A stretch of 64,000 nucleotides of DNA from Clostridiales bacterium. Lineage in GTDB: Bacteria > Bacillota > Clostridia > Christensenellales > CAG-138. Shown in pieces: positions 1 through 9,626 of this stretch (within the stretch, counting starts at the first letter, position 1; each line of letters opens with the position of its first letter). A model generated the notes under the pieces. It saw nothing but the letters and a program-made list of their open reading frames with translations. It was not told the DNA's origin and searched no databases. The position numbers and the translations under genes were made by a program. The stretch covers positions 128-64,127 of the forward strand of contig SVGX01000003.1 in NCBI GenBank assembly GCA_015056105.1, in the 5' to 3' direction.

Positions 1-1069
1 CTTGCTGTTGAAAAATGCCACAAGCCCCGGTGCAAAGGCGATCACGGGCAGCATCAGAAGAAGCGTTGTCACAACGCCGATGCGCACCGCCGTTCCCACG
101 CCCTTTTTCGCCCGGGCAATATCGTTGATGCCGAGGTTCTGTCCCACGAAGGTGGTGGAAGCAAGGGCGATGGACTGCGCCGGCAGCAGGATAAACTGGT
201 CGATCTTCGCATAGGCGGTCCAGCCTGCCATGCAGTCCGCACCGAAATGGTTGATGTAGGACTGTACGAAAATGTTGGAGAAGGCGGTCACCGCCATCTG
301 CAGCGCCGCGGGGAAGCCCACCTTGATGATCTTGCCGAGGATGGCAAAATCCGGCTTGAGGTACTGGGGCGAAAGCTTGATGCAGGAATCGGTGCGCGCA
401 AGCACATAAAGCACCAATGCCGCGCTGATCGCCTGGGCAACGACGGTAGCAAGGGCAACGCCTTTTACGCCCATGTGGAACACCAGAACGAACAGAAGGT
501 CAAGCACGGTGTTGAGCAGCGCGGATACGATCAGGAAATAGAAGGGGCGTTTTGAATCGCCCACCGCGCGGAGGATGCCCGCGCCCATGTTGTAGACCAT
601 GAGCCCAAGGATACCGGCGAAATAGATGGTCAGGTAAGCGGAGGATTCCGGGAATACGGTTTCCGGCGTTTTCATCAGCCGCAGCATGGCCGGCGTCATC
701 AGAATGCCGATAGCGGTGAACAGCACGCCGAGCACCAATGTCATCAGAATGGCGGTATGCACCGTGGAGCGGACCTTGTCGTACCGCTTTGCCCCATAGT
801 ATTGGGAGATCACAACGCCGCTGCCCGTTGCAAGACCCGTGAAAAAGCCGATGAGCATGTTGATGATGGGCCCCACTGTGCCCACGGCGGAAAAGGCTTC
901 ATTGCTGACATAATTGCCCACCACCCAGGTATCCACGGTGTTATATAGCTGCTGGAACAGGTTGCCGAGCATCAGCGGCAGCGCAAAGCGGATGATATGC
1001 CCCATAATGGAGCCTTGGGTCATATCCACATCGCTGCGCTTTGCCCGGGACATGCGGCTGCTTGCCATG
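1..1069 (-). CDS. MATE family efflux transporter (N-terminal part; 3' end runs off the window)
   Basis: Absent from the ORF track because it has no in-window stop. Manual reverse translation from the ATG at 1069..1067 gives MASSRMSRAKRSDVDMTQGSIMGHIIRFALPLMLGNLFQQLYNTVDTWVVG..., a typical MATE N-terminus, open to position 1. AAGGAGA RBS lies upstream. Confidence 0.8.
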
Positions 1070-1256
1070 GTGTTCTCCTTTCAGCGTATCAAAACAGTGC
1101 GGGGGGAGGGTCGGCCTTTCCGCCCCATATTTTCATTATAGCACATTTGCCGCGGTTTTTCACAGCAAGGGGCGGATAAGGGCAAACAAAAGCAACATTT
1201 ATGCGGCTTCGTCACCTTTTTCCATAAAAAACCCGGCTTTGCAGCCGGGAAAGGGA

Positions 1257-1772
1257 TCAGTCTTTTTGTGTCATGTCCGGAAAAACGGCCTTTCCGGGTT
1301 CCGGGAGCCTGCCTTCCATGCCGCCGGTGTAAAAGGTGCCGGCGGCGGAGGCGATGGGCTTGCTTTCTTCGCCTTCCATATAGGCCTCTGCGGTAACGCT
1401 TGCAAGGGTGCTGCCGATGTGCAGCGCCCGTGCGCGCACGTGCAGCCTTTCGCCGATCCTTGCCGGGCGAAGGTAGGTCACGTTCAGGTTCACCGTAGGG
1501 GTGATGCTTTTTCCGGGGGAGCAGGCACGCACAAGAAGACCCATGCTCTGGTCGAGCAGCGTGGCGGTGATGCCGCCGTGTACCACGCCCGCCGGGTTGC
1601 GCATCCAGGGCTGTGTGATGTAAACGAGTTCAAGGGTACGGTGTTCATAATCCGCGCAGACAAGGGCAGGTTCCGTCATGCCGTGCACGGCGTCCGCCAT
1701 ATCCTCCGCAAAAAAGCGGATCCAGGCGTCAAGAAGCGCGCTGAATTCCGCAGGGCTGTTGATGCTGCTCAT
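1257..1772 (-). CDS. PaaI-type hotdog-fold thioesterase
   Basis: 171-aa ORF. The NPAGVVHGGITATLLD motif and its size are typical of PaaI/YbgC-like thioesterases. GGAGAA RBS. Confidence 0.7.
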   Translation of the reverse strand: MSSINSPAEFSALLDAWIRFFAEDMADAVHGMTEPALVCADYEHRTLELVYITQPWMRNPAGVVHGGITATLLDQSMGLLVRACSPGKSITPTVNLNVTYLRPARIGERLHVRARALHIGSTLASVTAEAYMEGEESKPIASAAGTFYTGGMEGRLPEPGKAVFPDMTQKD

Positions 1773-1808
1773 GGATGTTTCTCCGTTTCGTGTTCGGTGC
1801 GGCGGGTC

Positions 1809-2258
1809 TTATTTTCTTCCGGTGGAGCCGTAGCCGCCGTCGCCCCGCTTCGTATTGGAAAGGGTATCCGCTTCTTCAAAGGCGGCGGAAACATAGGGTG
1901 CGATAAGAAGCTGTGCCACCCGCTCGCCGTCGGCGATGGTCTCGGGCATATTGCTGTGGTTGTGGAGCGCCACAAGGATCTCGCCCCGGTAATCCGGGTC
2001 GATCACGCCGACCTTGTTGGCGGGGGCAAGGCCGCGCTTGGTGCTAAGGCCGCTTCGCGCATACACAAAACCTGCAAGCCCCGTGGGCAGCTCGAGGGCG
2101 ATGCCGGTGTGGATCAGTTTCGTTTCGCCGGGCAGGATGACCTCTTCCGGCGCATCAAGCAGCGCGTAAAGGTCAGCCCCCGCGGCAGCGCTTGTGCCGT
2201 ATGTGGGCAAAACGGCTTTTTCCTGCAGCTTTTTGATACGGATCGTTAGGTTTTCCAT
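1809..2258 (-). CDS. dut: dUTP diphosphatase
   Basis: MENLTIRIKKLQEKAVLPTYGTSAAAGADLYA...GVIDPDYRGEI...RGDGGYGSTGR are canonical trimeric dUTPase motifs. Start trimmed to the ATG at 2258. Confidence 0.9.
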   Translation of the reverse strand: MENLTIRIKKLQEKAVLPTYGTSAAAGADLYALLDAPEEVILPGETKLIHTGIALELPTGLAGFVYARSGLSTKRGLAPANKVGVIDPDYRGEILVALHNHSNMPETIADGERVAQLLIAPYVSAAFEEADTLSNTKRGDGGYGSTGRK

Positions 2259-2275
2259 GGGGATCTCCATTTGTC

Positions 2276-2809
2276 TTAGGTAAAACATTCAATATTGAGG
2301 GCGGTATGGGTGGCTACATCCTTCAGCGCGGTTACATATTCCGCAGGGGAGAGGATGGGGCTTGCATGCAGCCAGCGCAGCAGTGAACAGAAGAAGGCAT
2401 CCAGATAATAGCTCTCAAAGAAGGGGCTTTTTCCGGCGTTCGCCTCATATTTGGGCAGAAAAAATGGCGCTGCCACCGGACGGAGGAGCAGGTAGAACTG
2501 CTCAGCAAAGGCATTCTGCCCGCAGACGGTAAAGGCATTCAGATAAAAGGCTCTGTTTGCAAACAGATATTCGCACAGGGCGTGAACAAAATCCCACAGG
2601 GAGGAAAAGGTGGCCTGCTTTGCGGGAAGAACGAATTCCGTTTCAAAGATCCACCCAAGCAGTTCATATTTATCGCGGAAATGGTAATAGAAGCTTTTGC
2701 GGCTCATGCCGCATGCTTCGCAGATATCCCCCACTGTGATGCGGGTGAAGGGGATCTTGGCCATCAGTGTATGCATTGCGCTGCCAAAGGCATGTTTGGT
2801 ATCGTGCAT
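2276..2809 (-). CDS. TetR/AcrR family transcriptional regulator
   Basis: N-terminal HTH FTRITVGDICEACGMSRKSFYYHFRDKYELL. Start set at MHDTKH (2809), which has a GAGGAG RBS. Confidence 0.8.
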   Translation of the reverse strand: MHDTKHAFGSAMHTLMAKIPFTRITVGDICEACGMSRKSFYYHFRDKYELLGWIFETEFVLPAKQATFSSLWDFVHALCEYLFANRAFYLNAFTVCGQNAFAEQFYLLLRPVAAPFFLPKYEANAGKSPFFESYYLDAFFCSLLRWLHASPILSPAEYVTALKDVATHTALNIECFT

Positions 2810-2910
2810 GCGGTTCTCCTCGGGAAAAAAGCTTAAAATATGCAATAATATAATATGTTTCTTGCATTGTACACCTAAGGAAGCTTCGCTTCAAGCGCAT
2901 TGTGCGAAAA

Positions 2911-3891
2911 TTATCGATTTTTTTCGGAAACCGCGGCGCGAAGCGTTTCTGCGCGTACAAAAAAGGCAAGCAGTGCGGCCTGATACCGTTCAGGCTCCAT
3001 CAAAAAGCCCAATCCGTGCTCTGCTTCCGGGGAAAGGATCAGCTGCTTTTCCGCTGCTGCGGCGGCATGGTTCAAAAGAGTCATCTCCTTGGGTACAAAA
3101 CCATCCTTTTCCCCATGGGCAAACAGGATGGGCAGGGTGGTATTTTCTTTCAGGATCGAAGGTGCATGGCAATCCTCGAACCGAAAACCTGCAAGAAATC
3201 CTGCAAAATGGGAGGAAAGACGAAGGAGCGCTTTCGGGCAGCGCCCGAGCACCTCATCCGCCACCTTTTCGATGATCGCCATGGGGGAGGTGTAGCCGCT
3301 GTCTGCGATGATGCCGGCGGTGTTTTCGGGCAGGGGGCGCTCCAGCGCAAACAGCACCGTGGCCGCACCCATGGAAATGCCGTCAAGGTAAAGGGGCAGG
3401 TCAGTGCCGAAGCGGTTTGCGGCGTATTCCGCCCAAAGGCAGCAGTCTTCCCGTTCCTTTACGCCGAAGGTGATGTATGTTCCCTCGCTGCGGCCGCAGG
3501 CGCGCTGGTCCGGCAGCACGATATGGTAGCCCTCATGATGGTAGAAGGGCAGCACGCAGGAAAAATCCCGGGTACCGGCAGCCCGGTAGCCATGCATAAG
3601 CACCAGCATGCCTTTCGCTTCCTTTGCGGGCAGCACATAGGCGGAAAGGCGAAGACCATCCGCCGAGGTGATGGAAACGGTTTCCGGGTCCCTGGAAAGA
3701 AACCATTCCTTGCCGGCGTCCATTTGGGGGAAAAAGGGCTCATAGATCGCCCGGTTGACGGTAAAGGCTTCCTGCCCCTTCCGCCGGCGGCAGGCGATCA
3801 GAAAGACGGCCAAAGCGGCGGCTGCAAAGCACACCCCCGCAAGGATGGCGAGCGTAAGCACAACGGTCAGAACGGTGCGGATGAGCGGCAT
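2911..3891 (-). CDS. membrane-anchored alpha/beta hydrolase
   Basis: N-terminal TM helix, then LVLMHGY...GISMGAA (GxSxG nucleophile elbow). ATG at 3891 sits 8 nt after AAGGAG; the track's GTG start at 3900 has no spacing. Confidence 0.75.
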   Translation of the reverse strand: MPLIRTVLTVVLTLAILAGVCFAAAALAVFLIACRRRKGQEAFTVNRAIYEPFFPQMDAGKEWFLSRDPETVSITSADGLRLSAYVLPAKEAKGMLVLMHGYRAAGTRDFSCVLPFYHHEGYHIVLPDQRACGRSEGTYITFGVKEREDCCLWAEYAANRFGTDLPLYLDGISMGAATVLFALERPLPENTAGIIADSGYTSPMAIIEKVADEVLGRCPKALLRLSSHFAGFLAGFRFEDCHAPSILKENTTLPILFAHGEKDGFVPKEMTLLNHAAAAAEKQLILSPEAEHGLGFLMEPERYQAALLAFFVRAETLRAAVSEKNR

Positions 3892-3985
3892 ATGAAACAC
3901 TCCTTTTGCTGGCGGCCCTTTTTGCGGCCGATGAACGGATTATATCACATTTTTTGCAAAGGGCGAAGCATGCGCCCGGTGCGGA

Positions 3986-4018
3986 TAAAAAATCGCTGTG
4001 CACAGCATGCGCACAGCG
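3986..4018 (-). terminator. rho-independent terminator after proC
   Basis: 8-bp stem cgctgtgc/gcacagcg (3994-4001 / 4011-4018). The A-run at 3987-3992 is a T-run on the minus strand. Confidence 0.65.
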
Positions 4019-4039
4019 AAACAGTGAAAACCGTGTCCT

Positions 4040-4855
4040 TTATTCCGCATCGAACATGGCGGTCATGGCGTCGCTCTTTTCCACGGCGCGCCGGTAGCCC
4101 GCCGCCACGGATTCCATGAAGCCGGTCTCCGCCATCCTGTTGATGGCAGCTTCCGTGGTGCCTTTTTTGGAGGAGATGCGCCTGCGAAGCTCCGCCGGGG
4201 AAAGGTCGGCATCCGCCTTGAGGATCTCCGCCGTGCCGATAAAGGCTTCCCGGGCGAAGGACGCTGCGGAAACTTCATCCATACCGTCCGCCTTTGCTGC
4301 CGCCGCAAGGGCTTCGATGAGGAAGCAGAAATAGGCGGGGCTTGAACCTGCCGCGCCGATGACCTTGGCGATCTCATCCTCGCTTCCAAGGCGGATCGCC
4401 GTGCCGCCTGCCGCGCAGAGGGCGTGCATGAAGTTTGCTTCCGCTTCGGTGACGTTCTCACCGAGGGCATAGCCGGTCACGCCGCGCAAAACGCCCACGC
4501 CCATGTTGGGCATGCTGCGGACAAAGTGCATGTCTCCAAGCTCTTTTTTGAGCTTTTTGAAGCTGATGCCCGCCATCATGGAAAGCACAAGCTGCCCTTC
4601 CCGGAAATACTGCCGGTACATTGCGGCAGCTGCCGCAAAATCCTGGGGTTTTACGCCCAGCATCACCGCATCCGCGGCTGCGATCTCCTCCGGCGCCATA
4701 CAGGTAACGCCCAGCTTTTCCGCCGCCTGTATGCCGTGTTCCGGGCTGCGCGCATTGACGATGCCGATCTCGCTGCCCTGAAGAAGACCGGCAGCGAGAG
4801 CACTTTTGATCACCGCGCCCGCCATGTTGCCGGCGCCGATGCATGCAAGTTTCAT
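4040..4855 (-). CDS. proC: pyrroline-5-carboxylate reductase
   Basis: MKLACIGAGNMAGAVI Rossmann N-terminus, conserved C-terminal SSKKGTTEAAI motif, and position at the end of the pro operon. Confidence 0.9.
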   Translation of the reverse strand: MKLACIGAGNMAGAVIKSALAAGLLQGSEIGIVNARSPEHGIQAAEKLGVTCMAPEEIAAADAVMLGVKPQDFAAAAAMYRQYFREGQLVLSMMAGISFKKLKKELGDMHFVRSMPNMGVGVLRGVTGYALGENVTEAEANFMHALCAAGGTAIRLGSEDEIAKVIGAAGSSPAYFCFLIEALAAAAKADGMDEVSAASFAREAFIGTAEILKADADLSPAELRRRISSKKGTTEAAINRMAETGFMESVAAGYRRAVEKSDAMTAMFDAE

Positions 4856-4868
4856 TTCTTTCTCCTTT

Positions 4869-6116
4869 TCAGCCGCGGATCTGGCCGCTGCCGAGCACGA
4901 TGTATTTATAGGATGTCATTTCCCGAAGGCCGAGGGGCCCGCGGGCATGGAGCTTTTGGGTGCTGATGCCCATTTCCGCGCCGAAGCCGAACTCAAAGCC
5001 ATCGGTAAAGCGGGAGGAGGCGTTGTGGTATACCGCCGCCGCATCCACGCCGCGCAGGAAGAAGGCGGCGTTTTCCGCATCCTCCGTCAAAATGACCTCC
5101 GTGTGTTTGGTGCCGTGGGCGGCGATGTGGGCCATGGCAGCATCAAGGTTATCCACAACCTTCACCGCAAGCTCCGGCGCAAGGTATTCCTTGTCCCAAT
5201 CCTCATCCACAGCCGGGATGGCAAGGGGATCCATATCCTGCACCGTTTTGTCGCCGTGTACGGTGACGCCGAGGGTGTGCAGCTTCGCCAGCAGTTTTGC
5301 AAGATTGCCCGTGGCCCATACGGAATGGACCAGCAGCGTTTCCATGGCATTGCAGACGCTGGGGCGCTGCGTCTTGGCATTGACGACGATGCGCTCCGCC
5401 ATATCGTATTTTGCGCTTTCATCCACAAAGATATGGCAGTTGCCCACGCCCGTTTCGAGCACCGGCACGCTGGCGGTCTCCATCACCCGGCGGATGAGGC
5501 CTGCACCGCCCCGGGGGATGAGCACATCCACGCAGTCGTTCATGCGCACAAGCTCATCCACGCTCTTGTGGGCGGTATCTTCCACCACGGCGATCACATC
5601 TTCCGGAATGCCCTCTGCCCGAAGGGCATCGCGCATCACCTTCGCAAGGGCCATGTTGGAGCGAAGGGCATTGGCGCTGCCCCGAAGCAGGATGCCGTTG
5701 CCGGTCTTGAAGGCGATGGCAGCGGTATCCACCGTTACGTTGGGCCTTGCTTCATAGATCATGCCGATCACGCCGAGAGGCACCCGCACCTTGCGGATGC
5801 GAAGGCCGTTGGGCCTTGTGAATTCCTCCACCGTTTCGCCGATGGGGTCGGGCAGGGCGGCAAGCTGGCGTACGCCCTCCGCCATGCCTTCGATGCGGCT
5901 TTCGGAAAGGGCAAGCCTGTCGAGCAGCGAATCGCTCATGCCGTTTTCACGGCCCGCCGCCACATCAAGGGCGTTTTCGGAAAGGATCTCTTCCGTATGG
6001 TCGGTGAGCGCATCCGCAATGGCAAAAAGCGCTTTGTTTTTCTTTTCCGTATCCAGCAGCGCCAGTACCGCGCTGGCTTTTTTTACCGCAAGGGCCGTTT
6101 CACGAAGTTCTCTCAT
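4869..6116 (-). CDS. proA: glutamate-5-semialdehyde dehydrogenase
   Basis: 415 aa with GMIYEARPNVTVD, NAKTQRPSVCNAMETLLVH and STQKLHARGP, all characteristic of ProA. ATGA overlap with the proB stop. Confidence 0.92.
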   Translation of the reverse strand: MRELRETALAVKKASAVLALLDTEKKNKALFAIADALTDHTEEILSENALDVAAGRENGMSDSLLDRLALSESRIEGMAEGVRQLAALPDPIGETVEEFTRPNGLRIRKVRVPLGVIGMIYEARPNVTVDTAAIAFKTGNGILLRGSANALRSNMALAKVMRDALRAEGIPEDVIAVVEDTAHKSVDELVRMNDCVDVLIPRGGAGLIRRVMETASVPVLETGVGNCHIFVDESAKYDMAERIVVNAKTQRPSVCNAMETLLVHSVWATGNLAKLLAKLHTLGVTVHGDKTVQDMDPLAIPAVDEDWDKEYLAPELAVKVVDNLDAAMAHIAAHGTKHTEVILTEDAENAAFFLRGVDAAAVYHNASSRFTDGFEFGFGAEMGISTQKLHARGPLGLREMTSYKYIVLGSGQIRG

Positions 6117-7204
6117 CGGTTTTCCTCCACCCAGTTATCCCTGTGGATCGCCACAGCATTTTTGCCGCTGTCTTCCGGCGCATAGGTGCGCCTGAGCAGC
6201 TCTTCCTTATCGAACGCCACTTCGCCCCGGCCAAGGAGCACGTTGGTGCCCTGCCGGTAAACGCGGACGATGTCGCCTGCACGGAAATCGCCTTCCGCAG
6301 CTGCGATGCCGGAGGGAAGCAGGCTCTTTCCATGGTGAACGAGGGCTTCTTCCGCGCCGGCGTCGATGTAAAGGTTGCCCCGGGTCTCCGCATAGAAGGC
6401 CATCCACTGCCTGCGGTTGCGCATGCCCGTTTCGCTGGCGGCGAAATAGGTGCCGACGCTTTCCCCCGCCGCCGCAAGCTGCAGCGCATGGGGCTTATCG
6501 GTCTTTGTGATGACTACCGGCACGCCTGCCGCCGTGGCAAGCTTTGCAGCGCTCAGCTTTGTTGCCATGCCGCCGGTGCCGTTTTTCGTGCCGGCGCTGC
6601 CGCCAAGGGCCATCACTTCCGGCGTGATGTGCTCCACCCGCCCGATGGGCTTTGCATCGTCTGCGGTGCGCGGGTCGGCGGTATAAAGGCCGTCCATATC
6701 CGTCAGCAGCACAAGCAGCCCCGCATGCATCATGGCAGCCACCTGTGCGGAAAGGGTATCGTTGTCGCCAAGGCGCAGCTCATCGATGGAGACCGTATCG
6801 TTTTCGTTGATGATAGGCACCGCCCGCCGCTGCAGGATGATCTCAAGCGCGTTGAAGGCGTTCTTGTAGCGCCTGCGGTCCCGGAAATCATCCCTTGTGA
6901 GGAGGATCTGGGCACTGACGATATTTCTGGCCGCAAAAAAGCGGGTATACTCCTCAAGCAGCAGCCCCTGACCTACGGCGGCGCAGGCCTGCTTGGCGGA
7001 AATGCCCGTGGGCCGCTTTGTGTAGCCGATGCGGCGAAAGCCCGCCGCCACCGCGCCGGATGTGACAAGAATGACGTTGTGACCGCTGTCGTGCAGCGCT
7101 GCGATCTCATTGACGATATATTCGATTTTTCCGGCATTGATGCTGCCGTCGGCATCCGTCAGCGAGCTTGTGCCCACCTTGACGGTAATGAGTTTCTTTT
7201 CCAT
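6113..7204 (-). CDS. proB: glutamate 5-kinase (with C-terminal PUA domain)
   Basis: MEKKLITVKVGTSSLT...VTSGAVAAG...INENDTV...GTGGMATKL motifs. Start trimmed to the ATG at 7204. Confidence 0.9.
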   Translation of the reverse strand: MEKKLITVKVGTSSLTDADGSINAGKIEYIVNEIAALHDSGHNVILVTSGAVAAGFRRIGYTKRPTGISAKQACAAVGQGLLLEEYTRFFAARNIVSAQILLTRDDFRDRRRYKNAFNALEIILQRRAVPIINENDTVSIDELRLGDNDTLSAQVAAMMHAGLLVLLTDMDGLYTADPRTADDAKPIGRVEHITPEVMALGGSAGTKNGTGGMATKLSAAKLATAAGVPVVITKTDKPHALQLAAAGESVGTYFAASETGMRNRRQWMAFYAETRGNLYIDAGAEEALVHHGKSLLPSGIAAAEGDFRAGDIVRVYRQGTNVLLGRGEVAFDKEELLRRTYAPEDSGKNAVAIHRDNWVEENR

Positions 7205-7250
7205 AAGGGCCTCATCCCCCATGATGAGGGGGTATCTTGATTTTGTGTTT

Positions 7251-7279
7251 ATGATACGGGGTATCGCCTGCTTTGTCAA
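7251..7279 (-). promoter_or_regulatory. sigma-A type promoter for proBAC
   Basis: The minus strand reads TTGACA (7279..7274), a 17-nt spacer, then TATCAT (7256..7251), about 47 nt upstream of the proB ATG. Confidence 0.55.
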
Positions 7280-7508
7280 CTTTGGGAAGCTGACGAAGGA
7301 TGAAAACAGCGCCATGATGCAATGCCCGCAGCAAAGTTGACCGAAGGAGAGCCTTTGCCTTCGCTTCTTTCCCTCCGGTTTTGCTGCGCAAAACCACCTC
7401 CCTCATCAAAGGGAGGCTTGTTGAATTGCAGCAGCAAAGGAGGCACCCGCGGCGGCTCTGTTTCTTCATTCCACGCATCCGCACAGCCTTTTCAAACCGC
7501 TTTTCGCA

Positions 7509-7546
7509 GAAAAAAGCGCGCTGTGTGCGTTGCCGCACACAGCGCA
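7509..7546 (-). terminator. rho-independent terminator after the ACT-domain gene
   Basis: The minus strand reads gcgctgtgtgcg-gcaa-cgcacacagcgc followed by TTTTTT. Confidence 0.8.
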
Positions 7547-7551
7547 GGATG

Positions 7552-7989
7552 TTATTCGATGTCGATCAGTCCCGCCTTGTCCACGCCTTCCATGGCAAGC
7601 AGGTCTTCGAGGGTCTCGCTGAGACCCGTTTCAATGCCCGTGATGTCCATGGAGATGACCACGCTGGCCCTGTCGCCGATGGGCGGGTTCTGCATGATGG
7701 TCAGGATGTTGGCGCCAAGTTCGCTCAAGCGGTTCAGCACCCGGCTCAAAATGCCCTTTTCGTGGTTGAGGATGAGGGAGATGACCGCTTTTTTGCAGGC
7801 GCTGCCTTCGGAAGGGGTGAACACATAGTCCTTATATTTATAGTAGGTGCTGCGGGAGATGCCCACATGGCGGGCGGCCTCGCTCACCTCGCGGATCACG
7901 CCCCGGCGAAGGAGTTCCCGCGCTTCCACCACCTTTTCAAAATAGTCCGGCAGTATTTTTTTGTGTACGATCAGGTAATCGCTTTTCAT
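7552..7989 (-). CDS. ACT domain protein (UPF0735/PheB-like) with N-terminal HTH-like segment
   Basis: MKSDYLIVHKKILPDYFEKVVEAR...ISLILNHEKGILSRVLNRLSELGANILTI (ACT fold signature). Lies directly downstream of thrC. Confidence 0.7.
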   Translation of the reverse strand: MKSDYLIVHKKILPDYFEKVVEARELLRRGVIREVSEAARHVGISRSTYYKYKDYVFTPSEGSACKKAVISLILNHEKGILSRVLNRLSELGANILTIMQNPPIGDRASVVISMDITGIETGLSETLEDLLAMEGVDKAGLIDIE

Positions 7990-8017
7990 GGCCGTTCTCC
8001 TTTTGCGGGGGGGGATG

Positions 8018-9484
8018 TTACCGCCAGCTTTCCTGCAGGGACTTTTCCTCCACATAGGAAAGCATGGCCTTGGGGTCGATCACGTCTTTGTGGCGCACAG
8101 CCTTTTCCTTCAGGGAAGCGAGGCCCGCGGGCACGGGCACTCCCGTCCTTTCGTGGAGAAGCTCCATGGCACGGAAGCCGCTTTCCGGCACCTCGATGTG
8201 AAGGGCGGTCAGCATGGCAGGCGCGAACTTGTAGGGGGAGGCGGTGGAAAGGATCACCGCGCGGCGGCCTTCGCTCTTTTTGCGGTAGTCCTCATACACG
8301 CGCCATGCCACGGCGGTGTGGGGATCCATCAGATACTGTTCCTCTTCCCACACCCTGCGGATGGCATCGAAGGCCTGAGCATCATCCGCCTTGCCGCAGG
8401 CAAATTCGCTTTGGATCTTTTGGAGCAGCGCATCGGGCACCTTGTAGAAGCCCTTTTCGCTGAGGTCTTTCATCAGGGAAGCAACAAGGGCATCGTCCCC
8501 ATCGGAAGCGAAGTAGAGGAGCCTTTCAAGGTTGCTCGAAACGAGGATATCCATGGAGGGGGAGGCGGTCTTGTGGAAGGTGCGGCGGCGGTCATAAACA
8601 CCGGTCTGCAGGAACTCCGTCAGCACATCGTTTTCGTTGGAAGCGCAGACGAGGGTACCCACGGGCAGCCCCATCTTTTTGGCGATATAGCCCGCAAGGA
8701 TATTGCCGAAGTTGCCGGTGGGGACTACGAAATCCACCTGTTCGCCGGCTTTGACGGTGCCCTGCCGCCGAAGATCCGCATAGGCCTTGAAATAATAAGC
8801 CACCTGCGGTGCAAGACGGCCGATGTTGATGGAATTGGCGCTCGAAAGCCGCACATGGGTGCCCTTGAAGGCGGAAAACACTTCCTTGACGCCGCGCTGC
8901 GCATCGTCAAAGTTACCCTTAACCGCCGCAACGCAGACGTTATCGCCTTCTTGGGTGACCATCTGCGCCCGCTGTACTTCGCTGACACCGCCATCGGGGT
9001 AGAACACCATCACCCGGGTATGGGGTGCATTTGCAAAGCCTGCGAGGGCTGCCTTGCCCGTGTCGCCGCTCGTGGCGGTAAGCACGAGAACATCTTCCTT
9101 CTGCCCAACGGCCTTGCCGGATTCCGCCACAAGGTAGGGCAGCAAACAAAGGGCCATATCCTTGAATGCGCTGGTGGGGCCGTGGTACAGTTCAAGAACA
9201 TGCGCGTTTTGGACCGGCACCGTGGGGGTCAGGTCTTCCCCTTCGAACTTGCCGCGGTAGCCCGCTTCCACCGATGCGGCGATGTTCGGTACGCCGGGCA
9301 GAAGCTTCTTTAAAATATGCGCGGTGAGCGCGTATTGGTCAAGGGAAAGAAGCGCGGCGTCATCAAGCTGCGCATCGGGAATGGCTGCAGGCACATACAG
9401 GCCGCCGTCGGGCGCAAGGCCCTGCAGGATCGCTTCGGCTGCTGCGGCGGTTTCTGTTTTGCTGCGCGTGCTGAAATATTGCAT
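8018..9484 (-). CDS. thrC: threonine synthase
   Basis: MQYFSTRS...GGLYVP...HGPTSAFKDMAL (PLP-lysine motif)...TSGDTG. Start trimmed to the ATG at 9484, which has a GGAGAA RBS. Confidence 0.9.
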   Translation of the reverse strand: MQYFSTRSKTETAAAAEAILQGLAPDGGLYVPAAIPDAQLDDAALLSLDQYALTAHILKKLLPGVPNIAASVEAGYRGKFEGEDLTPTVPVQNAHVLELYHGPTSAFKDMALCLLPYLVAESGKAVGQKEDVLVLTATSGDTGKAALAGFANAPHTRVMVFYPDGGVSEVQRAQMVTQEGDNVCVAAVKGNFDDAQRGVKEVFSAFKGTHVRLSSANSINIGRLAPQVAYYFKAYADLRRQGTVKAGEQVDFVVPTGNFGNILAGYIAKKMGLPVGTLVCASNENDVLTEFLQTGVYDRRRTFHKTASPSMDILVSSNLERLLYFASDGDDALVASLMKDLSEKGFYKVPDALLQKIQSEFACGKADDAQAFDAIRRVWEEEQYLMDPHTAVAWRVYEDYRKKSEGRRAVILSTASPYKFAPAMLTALHIEVPESGFRAMELLHERTGVPVPAGLASLKEKAVRHKDVIDPKAMLSYVEEKSLQESWR

Positions 9485-9520
9485 GGTCGTATTCTCCGTA
9501 AAACTTTTTAAAAATAGGGC

Positions 9521-9549
9521 TTGCATTCCCCCTGCCAATATGATATATT
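9521..9549 (+). promoter_or_regulatory. sigma-A type promoter (extended -10) for hom
   Basis: TTGCAT (9521-9526), 17-nt spacer, TGaTATATT (9541-9549). Confidence 0.5.
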
Positions 9550-9626
9550 GTCCGCAACGAAAAAACAAGTGTTTTTTTCTGAAAAACACATTTTCCATAA
9601 AATGTTTTTGAAAGGCAGATTTTTCC

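Noticed and set aside
1041-2249. 402-aa plus-strand ORF spanning the thioesterase and dut region.
   Set aside because: It is antisense to two well-supported genes (PaaI thioesterase, dUTPase), has Gly/Arg/Ala-rich composition and has no family motifs.
7205-7551. Proline T-box riboswitch upstream of proB (B. subtilis proBA is T-box regulated).
   Set aside because: The only T-box-like string is GGAGGUGGUUUUGCGC, which lacks the conserved GGUACCGCG core. No terminator with a U-run follows it. I could not find a stem I/specifier loop. A good promoter sits downstream of the region, so it would not be in the proB leader.
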